The notes: generated from the letters alone by a model not told the origin. 32,000 bases of DNA from Hathewaya proteolytica DSM 3090 (GCF_900142225.1 NZ_FRAD01000006.1:131548-163547), one strand, 5' to 3'. Positions 10,137 to 18,358 are shown, counted from the first letter of the stretch. Made by a program: numbers and translations.

Positions 10137-12389
10137 TCACATCTTCCTTTCATGCAATTTTAGCAACAATGACAAAACATGCTTAATTTTATTTCTAGGT
10201 ACAATATTGTCGATAAACCCATGTTCCTTAAGGTATTCCGCACTTTGGAACCCCTCTGGAAGCTTCTGTTTTAAGGTTTGCTCGATTACCCTAGGACCAG
10301 CAAAACCGATTAAGGCTTTTGGCTCTGCAATAATGATATCTCCAAGACTTCCAAAGCTGGCAGTTACTCCTCCTGTGGTAGGATTGGTGAGAACTGATAT
10401 ATATAGTAGACCAGCCTTTTTATGCTTTTCTAGTGCAGCAGAAGTCTTTGACATCTGCACCAGTGAGAAAATTCCCTCCTGCATTCTAGCTCCACCACTA
10501 GCGCAGAATATTATGATAGGCAACATATGTTTTGTAGAGTACTCAATTGCTAAGGTAATTTTTTCCCCCACAGCAGTACCCATGCTTCCCATCATAAATC
10601 TACTGTCTAACACAGCTACAACCACAGCTTCTCCACTTATTTTACCTACGCCTGTAACTACGCCCTCTTTAAGGCCAGTTTTTTCTTGAAGTTTTCTTAT
10701 CTTTTCATCATAATCTGGAAATTCCAAAGGATTGCTTCCAACAATGTCCTCATTGATCTCTCTAAAAGTGCCCTCATCGAGGACTAAACTTATTCTATAA
10801 TTTGCCGATATCTTAAAATGATAATCACATTCTGGGCAAACATACATAGAATCCAATAAAGATATCTCTGAAAAAGTTTTTCCACAGTGTGGACAATTTT
10901 CAAAAAGAGCACCTTCTATTTCCTTTTTTTCAATAGTTTTTGATTTATTTAATAGCTTTGCTTGGTATACAAGTTCAGCTTTTCTTCTTTTAAAAGGATC
11001 TTTAAATTCCTTTACGGCTTCAGCCGTTCTCTTATCTATCTCAAGTATATTATCTGCATTGTTTTCAATAAAACCAGTATTATAATTGCCCTTTAAAAAA
11101 TCAGGATGAAACATCAACAGATGCTGAAAAGATTGATTTGTTTCTATGCCTTCAATTAGAGTTTCCTCTAAGGCTCTTCTCATCCTCCTAATGGCATCCA
11201 GTCGATTATTTCCGTGAACAATCACCTTTGCAATCATAGAATCATAAAATGGATTTGTCTCGTACCCATTGTATATGGCACTATCTATCCTTACCCCATT
11301 GCCCTGTGAAAAATGCAAAAAGCTTATCTTTCCCGGACAGGGTTTGAAATTCTCCTTAGGATCTTCGGCATTTATTCTGCACTCAATGGCATGACCTCTA
11401 AACGTTACATTTTCCTGATTTATGTCCAGGGAAAGACCTGATGCGATTCTTATCTGTTGTTTCACAATATCTATCCCAGTAATCAACTCAGTGATAGGGT
11501 GTTCAACCTGTATCCTTGTATTCATCTCTATAAAATAAAAATTGTTATTTTCGTCTACTATAAATTCTATTGTACCTGCCGATTCGTAGCCCGATGCTAT
11601 CCCCGCTCTAACAGCGGCTTCACCCATTTCTCTTCTAAGCTCTTCAGTGAGACATTTCGCTGGAGCTTCTTCTACCATCTTTTGATTTCTTCTCTGCATA
11701 GAGCAATCTCTCTCTCCAAGGTGGATCACATTTCCGTGGCTGTCGGCTAGTATTTGGAACTCTATATGTTTAGGATTTATTATTAGCTTCTCAATGTACA
11801 TTTCACCATTGTTGAAGCAAGCTACCGCCTCTGCCCTTGCAGACATAAAGGCTTGAGCTATTTCTGCCTTTGAATTAACTCTCCTCATCCCTCTGCCTCC
11901 GCCCCCCGCTGAGGCTTTTATAAGCACAGGATATCCTATTTCTTCTGCTATCTTTTCTGCTTCCTCCACAGTATCCACGGTTCCCTCTGAACCCGGTACT
12001 ACTGGAACATTGTTTTCTTTCATCAGCTTTCGCGCCATGGATTTGTTGCCCATCTTATCCATTACGTCTCCACTAGGGCCTATAAACTTTACTCCTGATT
12101 TTTGGCACAGTCTAGCGAACTCGCTATTTTCAGATAAAAAACCGAAGCCTGGGTGTATGGCTTCACACCCAAGTTCCGTTGCCACAGTGAGTATGTTTTT
12201 CATATTTAAATAGCTATCCTTTGCCTTGGGTGGCCCTATACAAACTGCTTCAGTGGCAAACATAGAATGGAGTGCTGTTTTATCTGCTGTAGAGTATACA
12301 GCCACAGTATCAATCCCCATATCTCTGCACGCCCTGATTATTCTTATTGCAATTTCACCTCTATTGGCAATGAGTATCTTTTTAAACAT
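10137..12389 (-). CDS. accC/accD: Fused biotin carboxylase (AccC, residues about 1-450) and carboxyltransferase beta subunit (AccD, residues about 480-750)
   Basis: N-terminal [17 protein letters not shown], the ATP-grasp glycine loop ([10 protein letters not shown]) and [11 protein letters not shown] match AccC. After a roughly 40-aa Lys-rich linker comes the AccD zinc ribbon CPHC...CPEC, followed by GSMG and GGARMQEG motifs. One uninterrupted 750-codon frame. Its start overlaps the accB stop (ATGTTTAA). Confidence 0.88.
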   Translation of the reverse strand: MFKKILIANRGEIAIRIIRACRDMGIDTVAVYSTADKTALHSMFATEAVCIGPPKAKDSYLNMKNILTVATELGCEAIHPGFGFLSENSEFARLCQKSGVKFIGPSGDVMDKMGNKSMARKLMKENNVPVVPGSEGTVDTVEEAEKIAEEIGYPVLIKASAGGGGRGMRRVNSKAEIAQAFMSARAEAVACFNNGEMYIEKLIINPKHIEFQILADSHGNVIHLGERDCSMQRRNQKMVEEAPAKCLTEELRREMGEAAVRAGIASGYESAGTIEFIVDENNNFYFIEMNTRIQVEHPITELITGIDIVKQQIRIASGLSLDINQENVTFRGHAIECRINAEDPKENFKPCPGKISFLHFSQGNGVRIDSAIYNGYETNPFYDSMIAKVIVHGNNRLDAIRRMRRALEETLIEGIETNQSFQHLLMFHPDFLKGNYNTGFIENNADNILEIDKRTAEAVKEFKDPFKRRKAELVYQAKLLNKSKTIEKKEIEGALFENCPHCGKTFSEISLLDSMYVCPECDYHFKISANYRISLVLDEGTFREINEDIVGSNPLEFPDYDEKIRKLQEKTGLKEGVVTGVGKISGEAVVVAVLDSRFMMGSMGTAVGEKITLAIEYSTKHMLPIIIFCASGGARMQEGIFSLVQMSKTSAALEKHKKAGLLYISVLTNPTTGGVTASFGSLGDIIIAEPKALIGFAGPRVIEQTLKQKLPEGFQSAEYLKEHGFIDNIVPRNKIKHVLSLLLKLHERKM

Positions 12390-12885
12390 CTTTCTCTACC
12401 TCTATTTCCATAAGCACTTCATCAAAGGATATAAGCTGCTCATTGGATATTAATATGGAGCGTACGGTACCAGTGTATGGGCTTTTTATTTCATTTATCA
12501 TTTTCATAGCTTCAATAATACCAATTACGTCACCTTTTTTTATGAACTTGCCAACTTCAACAAAGGGCGGTTGCCCCGGTGCCTGACTTTGATAAAAAAC
12601 TCCTACTAGAGGAGCTTTTATCTTTTGCAAATTATTGTCTTTTACATCATTGTCTTTTATACTGTTCTCTTCTTTTGATTCCCGTAAATTCTTTTCCTTT
12701 AGGCTGATTTTTCTGTTGTTTTCTACCTCACAGCTCATATTGGGGCTAATATCCCCATTGTTTGTGTTGAGCAAACTTTTATTTTTCTCTAGCTTTATAG
12801 AAAAATCCTGTTCCCTTAGTTCCATCAAATCTATATCCATAGAATTAAATAAAACAACTAAATCTTTTATATTCTCATAATTCAT
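12382..12885 (-). CDS. accB: Biotin carboxyl carrier protein AccB
   Basis: C-terminal biotinyl domain with the EAMKM motif ([11 protein letters not shown]). Low-complexity linker. SD GGGAGGA. Confidence 0.92.
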   Translation of the reverse strand: MNYENIKDLVVLFNSMDIDLMELREQDFSIKLEKNKSLLNTNNGDISPNMSCEVENNRKISLKEKNLRESKEENSIKDNDVKDNNLQKIKAPLVGVFYQSQAPGQPPFVEVGKFIKKGDVIGIIEAMKMINEIKSPYTGTVRSILISNEQLISFDEVLMEIEVEKDV

Positions 12886-12930
12886 AAGATCCTCCCAGTT
12901 CGGTAAAAAAATTTACCCTCACTGCAAAAA

Positions 12931-13164
12931 TTATTCGCCCTTTTCTTTTTTGTAGTATTCTACAATATCGCCTACAGTCTTTATTTTTAGCAATAAGTCA
13001 TCTGGTATCTCTACTCCTAACTTATCCTCAAGCGCCATGTTAAGCTCTACTGCATCAAGAGAGTCCGCTCCAAGGTCTTCAATCAACCTTGTATCCTCCC
13101 TAACCTCATTTTCATCACAGCTTAGTGTATCCACAATAACTTCTTTTATTTCTTCAAATATCAT
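12931..13164 (-). CDS. acpP: Acyl carrier protein
   Basis: 77 aa, acidic, with the phosphopantetheine attachment motif LGADSLDAVEL. SD CAGGGGGAA. Confidence 0.93.
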   Translation of the reverse strand: MIFEEIKEVIVDTLSCDENEVREDTRLIEDLGADSLDAVELNMALEDKLGVEIPDDLLLKIKTVGDIVEYYKKEKGE

Positions 13165-13218
13165 ATTAATTTCCCCCTGGTTTTAATTTGTTAAATTTTA
13201 GTTTTCTATTTAAGTAAG

Positions 13219-13297
13219 ATTTAAATAAATTTCTTTATTTAAATTTATTTAAATAAACATTTTTAATTCATTATACCATATTAAACATCAGTGTCAA
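13219..13297 (-). promoter_or_regulatory. fab operon promoter (near-consensus sigma-A) with a triple ATTTAAATAAA operator-like motif just downstream
   Basis: Minus strand: TTGACA (13292-13297), 16-nt spacer, TGgTATAAT (-10 hexamer 13270-13275). Downstream, ATTTAAATAAA occurs at 13219-13229 and 13247-13257, with its exact inverse TTTATTTAAAT at 13234-13244. That gives an 11-bp-arm palindrome with a 4-bp spacer plus a third copy. Confidence 0.6.
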
Positions 13298-13350
13298 TAT
13301 TTTTTAAAAAAATTTGTTATATTTTTTTCTATTTTATACCATGATATTCG

Positions 13351-13380
13351 CAAAAAAACCTGCCAATTTACTTTGGCAGG
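13351..13380 (-). terminator. Intrinsic terminator ending the kinase-MBL-small protein unit
   Basis: Minus strand CCTGCCAAagtaaaTTGGCAGG followed by TTTTTTT. It lies 26 nt past the stop at 13406. Confidence 0.75.
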
Positions 13381-13405
13381 AAATTCTTATTTTCTGTTTA
13401 AAATC

Positions 13406-13603
13406 TTATTCTCTTTGCCCTACAGGTGGCATAGAAATGTTATTTTTATTAAAGCTGTGGCTCTTTACAAGGCTCATATGATATGCCTTAATGGCAATGT
13501 AATCCTTTTGACCCTTTTCATCTAAAGTACCCTCTTCCTTTTTTTTCTCTAGCTCTTTCATAACCTCTACTACTTGTTCAAAGCTCATTCTCATGTAATC
13601 CAC
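13406..13603 (-). CDS. Small hypothetical protein (65 aa, charged and helical)
   Basis: Strong SD GGAGAGGAGGG 6 nt before a GTG start. Sits between the MBL gene and a terminator. No recognisable motif. Confidence 0.55.
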   Translation of the reverse strand: MDYMRMSFEQVVEVMKELEKKKEEGTLDEKGQKDYIAIKAYHMSLVKSHSFNKNNISMPPVGQRE

Positions 13604-13656
13604 AATAATCCCTCCTCTCCAATTTTTTATTAAACTATGAATATGATTCTCTAAAA

Positions 13657-14601
13657 CTACAGATTTATTTCCATGATCTTTTCTCCTGTAATATTGGGAT
13701 CAGTTCTAGAGTACATAAGGTAGCCATCCTTAAGTTCAAGTTTTATAACTCCAGCCTCATTAAGGTATTCAACATAGGATCGCACCATTCTTTGCATAAA
13801 ATTGTATTTGTAACTGTTTTTGATGGGTATATTGAACTTTTCTACTGCAGCCTTTAATATATCCTCTATAGTCATAGAACCTTTTATAACAGAGTACACC
13901 CCTCTTGCCCTGTCCTTATAAAACATAATATTGTCCTCAATGAGTTCATTTATATTATCATAAACACCTTTATGGGCTATTATATACATAGAGTTATGCA
14001 ACTTCTTAAGGCTATTCTTTGTCTTTAGATCTAAAGACAAAATATAAGCGTAGGGCATTTTTGCCCCCTTCATCACATCATAGCTGATAAGAGAATCACC
14101 TATATATGCTACATCGTCTGGTGTAATTATTCCTATTTGAGCTGGACTATGCCCCGGTAGGTGCAAAACATGAAATTTTACGTTAAACATGCTAATACAT
14201 TCATCACGATCAGAAACCATGATGTCCGTTTCAAAGACTGAATCCCTATAATATGTTTCCACCTCAGTGAGGGTTTGCATATTATAATACATCTTAAGAT
14301 TTGAAGAAGAACTGCAAATTAAAGCCTCATAAGCAGGCATAGCAATGATACAACCGTATTTTTCTTTAAAATATCCACAATTGCTAACATGGTCCATGTG
14401 AAAATGGCTACAAATTATACCTTTTATCCTTAATCCCTCTTTAAGCAGTGCTTCCTCTATACCTTCCCGTTCACCCTTAGCCCATCCAGCATCTAACATT
14501 ATAACTTTATCATCATCTATTTTATAAAAAGGAACATAGGTCATTCCTGTATCAATAAAAAATGTATTTCCCTTTGCATTAATAATGTCCGTAACGCCCA
14601 C
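13657..14601 (-). CDS. MBL-fold metallo-hydrolase with a C-terminal winged-helix-like extension
   Basis: HFHMDHVSN (HxHxDH zinc motif), then later HLPGHSP and AHKG. GTG start only 33 nt after the kinase stop, with no terminator between them. Confidence 0.8.
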   Translation of the reverse strand: MGVTDIINAKGNTFFIDTGMTYVPFYKIDDDKVIMLDAGWAKGEREGIEEALLKEGLRIKGIICSHFHMDHVSNCGYFKEKYGCIIAMPAYEALICSSSSNLKMYYNMQTLTEVETYYRDSVFETDIMVSDRDECISMFNVKFHVLHLPGHSPAQIGIITPDDVAYIGDSLISYDVMKGAKMPYAYILSLDLKTKNSLKKLHNSMYIIAHKGVYDNINELIEDNIMFYKDRARGVYSVIKGSMTIEDILKAAVEKFNIPIKNSYKYNFMQRMVRSYVEYLNEAGVIKLELKDGYLMYSRTDPNITGEKIMEINL

Positions 14602-14634
14602 ATCCTCTCTGCACTTTACTTTAATTATATCTTT

Positions 14635-15987
14635 TTAAACAATCTTTTTATCTATTTTTTCACTTATATTTGTTCTCATCCAAATTTCTGCTGTAAACAT
14701 ATCCTCGCTACACTCTAAGTTAAAGGTTATATTGTCGTACTCATTAACTATTTTCTTTAAATTGTATAACCCTATTCCTCTGCCGTTTTCCTTTGTAGAA
14801 TAGCCCTTTTGTGTCAACTTATAAATTTCATCCACTCTTTTAACACAACTATTTTGAACTACAAAAACCATACTATTATCTTTTTTTATAATACCAAAAT
14901 TAAGATTTTTATTTATCGTCTTTTGGGCCTCCTCTATGGCATTGTCTAAAAGAATTCCAAACACCCTCATGCAATCAATGTATTCCATGGGGATTTTGTC
15001 CACAGGCTCTGAAATGTCAATAAATAAATTGCATCCATTACTTTGCGCCTTCATGAGTTTAGATATTATTATAGATTTAAATGGTAAAATTTTTATATTT
15101 TTTAATTTTACAAAGAAATCATTTTTCTCCATGTAATGTTGTGTAGGCAATATACTCTCCCTAAAATATGTTTCCAAGCCATCATAATCTCCAGAATCAA
15201 TGTATCCTTCCATGGACATCAGTATATTTTTGTAATCATGCTTAAATTGCCTTATATTTGTATACAACTCTTCCATATACCCTGCATATTCTTCCATTCT
15301 TTGAATCTCTTCATTCTTCCTTTTTATTTCCATTTCCTTCACGGAATACTTGTTGTACATATTGGCGCTGAATACAGCAGATAAAATGGAAAAAAGAAAA
15401 ATCACAAGATTTATGAGATAGTTTTCATCAGCTTTTACTACCATCTTATTTATGATAAAAGATCCTATTATCATAACACCGCAAATAAAAATATTAGCAT
15501 AAACGTATATTAGCCTTACCTTATTTACTTTTTTGCTGTTATCATTAATTTTAGTTTTGCTAAAATCTTTGATGATTTTCCCAAATATATTGGAAAGAAT
15601 AAGTATACCAGCACAGGCACATAAAAAATAAATGGTCAGACTAACCCACCTGTAGTCTCTTAAAATACTCTTTCTAAGCACATTGGATATTAAATTGGAT
15701 ATAATGTCGCTTACTAAAAAAATAATTAAAGTAGATATACTATAAACAATATTGGGTATAATCTTCACAGTTTTATCGTGAAAATAATTATACAAAAATA
15801 GCACAATAGGAATAGAGCATAAATTTATAAATATATCTCTAAATATATACCCTATGATCCAAAAGCACACAAGAGTAATTAAAAGAACTGCGCCTTCCTT
15901 GAAGCTTATCTTCTTATCTTTTAAAATACAAAACCCCATTATTACAAATAAACATGTAACAAAAGAGGTAACTAATACTAATGGCAT
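14635..15987 (-). CDS. AgrC/ComD-type (HPK10) membrane sensor histidine kinase
   Basis: About 6 N-terminal TM helices. H-box RQFKHDYKNIL, N-box ILLDNAIEEA, G-box GRGIGLYNLKKIV (GHKL ATPase). SD AAGGGGGG. Confidence 0.88.
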   Translation of the reverse strand: MPLVLVTSFVTCLFVIMGFCILKDKKISFKEGAVLLITLVCFWIIGYIFRDIFINLCSIPIVLFLYNYFHDKTVKIIPNIVYSISTLIIFLVSDIISNLISNVLRKSILRDYRWVSLTIYFLCACAGILILSNIFGKIIKDFSKTKINDNSKKVNKVRLIYVYANIFICGVMIIGSFIINKMVVKADENYLINLVIFLFSILSAVFSANMYNKYSVKEMEIKRKNEEIQRMEEYAGYMEELYTNIRQFKHDYKNILMSMEGYIDSGDYDGLETYFRESILPTQHYMEKNDFFVKLKNIKILPFKSIIISKLMKAQSNGCNLFIDISEPVDKIPMEYIDCMRVFGILLDNAIEEAQKTINKNLNFGIIKKDNSMVFVVQNSCVKRVDEIYKLTQKGYSTKENGRGIGLYNLKKIVNEYDNITFNLECSEDMFTAEIWMRTNISEKIDKKIV

Positions 15988-16086
15988 GTTTTCCCCCCTT
16001 AATTTGTGTTTTACTTTATATTAATTTATCTAATAACATTATACTATAAACATAGCGTAATTCGGATATGTTTTTTCGCCAAATAG

Positions 16087-16118
16087 AAAAAAAGCGCTGC
16101 AAAATTCTACATTTTACA
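16087..16118 (-). terminator. Weak AU-rich hairpin plus U-run between the ABC-like gene and the kinase gene
   Basis: Minus-strand RNA UGUAAAAU-guaga-AUUUUGCA, then GCGC and UUUUUUU. The stem is short and AU-rich, so termination would be partial at best. Confidence 0.35.
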
Positions 16119-16153
16119 ACACTTTTCCCCTTAAACTTTCTATAAATATTCTC

Positions 16154-16597
16154 TTATTGTATATCTATATCATTGCATATAAATTTTAACTCCTCAATGT
16201 CCGATGAATACACAATAAAATTCTTTTTTTCTTGAGCGCTTATTTCATTTATCAAATTCTTAATCTCTATTCTACCTTGCTGGTCAAGTCCACATATTGG
16301 CTTAACTAATTCAATGGGGGATGTATCATTTAGCAACTTCTCCGCTATGTGAATCTTTACCATCATCTCTGGTGTATATTTAGATAACCGTGTTCTTTTG
16401 AATTTCTCAAGACCTACTATTTTTAATATATGCTCTATATCATAAGCTTTCTTACATTTTAGAAAACAAAATATTTTAAGATTGACATATGTGCTCAGGA
16501 ACCTAATAACAAATGGATACTTCCTATTCTCCATTCTATTCTTAACCTGTTTTCTGTCATTATATATGTAAACCCCTTTTATTATGCCTTGCTCCAC
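16154..16597 (-). CDS. Degenerate ABC-ATPase-like protein (C-terminal two thirds of a nucleotide-binding domain, no Walker A)
   Basis: Collinear with the ABC NBD template but decayed. The signature LSGGQ position reads LSKYTPEM. Walker B LILDEP reads IELVKP. The D-loop GLD is retained. The H-loop SSH reads SSD. No GxxGxGKS/T anywhere. GTG start 5 nt after ACGGAGGTG, overlapping the rSAM stop by 1 nt (TAGTG). Confidence 0.6.
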   Translation of the reverse strand: MEQGIIKGVYIYNDRKQVKNRMENRKYPFVIRFLSTYVNLKIFCFLKCKKAYDIEHILKIVGLEKFKRTRLSKYTPEMMVKIHIAEKLLNDTSPIELVKPICGLDQQGRIEIKNLINEISAQEKKNFIVYSSDIEELKFICNDIDIQ

Positions 16598-17979
16598 TAT
16601 TGCACCTCCGTATATTGCTGGCTACGTCTCATCTTTTTTACAAGTTCTACAATAACTTCTTCTGTAATCCGCTTATGCATCTCACAATTAACTTCACTTT
16701 GTCTATGAATATTTCCAGTTTCAAAATAATTAGATCCTATGCATCCATGACATATGGTATTATTAAAACAATTTTTGCAACGTTCATCGTTAAACTTGCT
16801 AAAATTTATAAGTTTCGTCTTTATTTCATTATATTTTTTCGATAAAAACAAATCATCTTCATAAATATTTCCCATTTTATACTCCTGTTGATCTATGAGC
16901 ATAAAGCAGGGATATACATCACCATTTACGGAAACTGATAGTAAAACCAAACCAGCCTCACATAAATACTTGCAAACTTGCTTTTTCTTCAAAATATTTA
17001 TAACGGTACTTATAAGATCATTAATGGGTATATCACCAGAATTTTCTCCCATGAGATCCGAAACCGATTTTACGAACTCATCTCTATTGGATAAAATAAA
17101 TTCATCATCTTCATTTCCCGAGACCGGAGTTATATGAAAATGTTCTATGCCAAATTCTTCCTTGCCGTATTTTATAATATCCTTTATCTTTACACCCATT
17201 TCTTCATGTACCCTATTATACGTGGACTCTATGCAGGATGGTTCCCCTGTGAATTTTCTTAAACGCATTATATTGTCCCCTACAACTCTTCCCGTTCCTT
17301 TTCCGTTTTTAAAAATCCTCATCTTGTCATTTACACTCTCCGGCCCATCCAGGCTAACAGTGACATGAATATTGTATTTTTTAATGATCTCTAACAACTT
17401 TTCGTCCATAACAGTTCCATTGCTAACCATGCCAAGCTTTGTTTTTTCTTTTTCTTCGTCCTTAAACTTTTCCTGTACATATTTACCAATAACCTCTATT
17501 CCCTGAGGATTTAAAGTGGGTTCCCCTCCAAAGATTTGTATGTTTTCTATATTATCATAATGTCCATAGAAAACATCCAAGGCTTTTATTATGGTATCTT
17601 CACTCATCATACATTCCTCTGAACAGTAGTTTCCTCCATTGGCATAACAATATTTACATGCAAGATTGCACACATTTGTGATGTTGATAACCAGTTTCTT
17701 TAGTATGTTTACTTCTTCTTTTCCGCTGTTAACTACCCCTTTGTCATTTTGTTTCTTATTATGACCCCATCCACAATTACAGTTTTCATCAATAACTTTT
17801 TTTAAAGATTCGTATGATTTATCGTCACAAGAAAATTGTTCCATAGTATGCTCTTTATTAATGCCTTCAATTATATCTTTCATTACATTCCTAGTCAGCT
17901 TATTTATCTCATAGAATCTAAGAGTATCAGGGAAAAAGGCCACTGTTATACCATCTTTTTCTACAAAATGTGGTTTCAA
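16597..17979 (-). CDS. Radical SAM / SPASM-domain peptide-modifying enzyme with an N-terminal RRE-like (PqqD-like) region
   Basis: CX3CX2C cluster in NITNVCNLACKYCYANGG. GGEPTL SAM-binding motif. C-terminal Cys-rich SPASM-type region (CKYLCEAG...VYPCFML...CKNCFNNTICHGCIGSNY...CEMH). The first ~70 aa (ITVAFFPDTLRFYEINKLTRNVMKDIIEG) resemble RiPP recognition elements. TTG start 5 nt after GGAGGGG. Confidence 0.88.
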   Translation of the reverse strand: MKPHFVEKDGITVAFFPDTLRFYEINKLTRNVMKDIIEGINKEHTMEQFSCDDKSYESLKKVIDENCNCGWGHNKKQNDKGVVNSGKEEVNILKKLVINITNVCNLACKYCYANGGNYCSEECMMSEDTIIKALDVFYGHYDNIENIQIFGGEPTLNPQGIEVIGKYVQEKFKDEEKEKTKLGMVSNGTVMDEKLLEIIKKYNIHVTVSLDGPESVNDKMRIFKNGKGTGRVVGDNIMRLRKFTGEPSCIESTYNRVHEEMGVKIKDIIKYGKEEFGIEHFHITPVSGNEDDEFILSNRDEFVKSVSDLMGENSGDIPINDLISTVINILKKKQVCKYLCEAGLVLLSVSVNGDVYPCFMLIDQQEYKMGNIYEDDLFLSKKYNEIKTKLINFSKFNDERCKNCFNNTICHGCIGSNYFETGNIHRQSEVNCEMHKRITEEVIVELVKKMRRSQQYTEVQ

Positions 17980-18044
17980 AACAACCCCTCCATACTTTGA
18001 TACATCAATAGGTAAGGAATATAAACTACCCGGTTCTATTTAAT

Positions 18045-18182
18045 TTATATCTGACACATAATACCTAAGCAGACATTACCACACCAATTTCCGTCACGCC
18101 AACCTCCATCCTTTGACTCCTTCACTAGCTTGTCTACGTCTATTTCTACCATCATAATGTCATTTTCACGTTTCTTATCCAT
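18045..18182 (-). CDS. Unannotated 45-aa RiPP precursor peptide: MDKKRENDIMMVEIDVDKLVKESKDGGWRDGNWCGNVCLGIMCQI
   Basis: Hand-translated from the minus strand. SD AGGAGGTGG 7 nt before the ATG at 18182, TAA stop at 18045-18047. Charged leader ending in GG, hydrophobic C-terminal core with 3 Cys (CX3CX4C) and 2 Trp. Lies 65 nt upstream of the rSAM gene on the same strand. Confidence 0.75.
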   Translation of the reverse strand: MDKKRENDIMMVEIDVDKLVKESKDGGWRDGNWCGNVCLGIMCQI

Positions 18183-18228
18183 TATTTATCCACCTCCTAT
18201 ACTTTTTTTACAACAAAGTTATTGGTTT

Positions 18229-18296
18229 AAAATAAAAAAGACAACAGATGCATTATTCTCAACCATGCCTATCTTGAGAATACTGTATATGTTGCC
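18229..18296 (-). terminator. Long hairpin plus U-tract (intrinsic terminator/attenuator) in the leader between the LytTR-box promoter and the precursor gene
   Basis: Minus-strand RNA: GGCAACA-uauacag-UAUUCUCAA-(11-nt loop)-UUGAGAAUA-augcauc-UGUUGUC, followed directly by UUUUUUAUUUU. The inner stem is 9 perfect bp and the outer stem is 7 bp. Confidence 0.55.
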
Positions 18297-18358
18297 TTAA
18301 TTTTATCACAATATTTTACTTTATTTTCAATATTATCTTCAAATGTGCTTGTTATATC

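Noticed and set aside
4137-12453. Numerous antisense or out-of-frame ORFs inside the fab/acc genes (4137-4460, 4286-4600, 4539-4748, 4991-5302, 5734-5934, 6118-6318, 6653-6898, 7176-7532, 7762-8028, 8101-8403, 8318-8611, 9040-9294, 9206-9409, 9564-9752, 10207-10689, 11457-11750, 12010-12213, 12226-12453, 12635-12880)
   Set aside because: Each is nested within a gene whose product carries unambiguous catalytic motifs. None has a ribosome-binding site or a recognisable motif.
15988-16153. Searched the kinase upstream gap for a small peptide gene or LytTR boxes (e.g. plus-strand 25-codon ORF MFFRQIEKKRCKILHFTTLFPLNFL; TACGCTATG near a TATAAT)
   Set aside because: The ORF has no SD and is on the wrong strand for the locus. 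TACGCTATG breaks the invariant GTT of the LytTR consensus and is a single copy.
18045-18182. Possibility that the 45-aa peptide is a SCIFF-type ranthipeptide precursor, since it has the same length
   Set aside because: SCIFF peptides are defined by six Cys in about 45 residues. This one has three, and the core sequence bears no resemblance. The class is kept open as an rSAM-RiPP of unknown type.
18219-18266. 15-codon ORF (MVENNASVVFFILNQ) inside the leader hairpin upstream of the precursor gene; considered as a possible AgrD-like or leader peptide
   Set aside because: It has only a weak purine patch (AGATAGG) as SD. The start codon lies in the hairpin loop and the ORF runs through the terminator stem and U-tract. 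It has no Cys or Ser for thiolactone or lactone formation. Best explained as a by-product of the terminator sequence.
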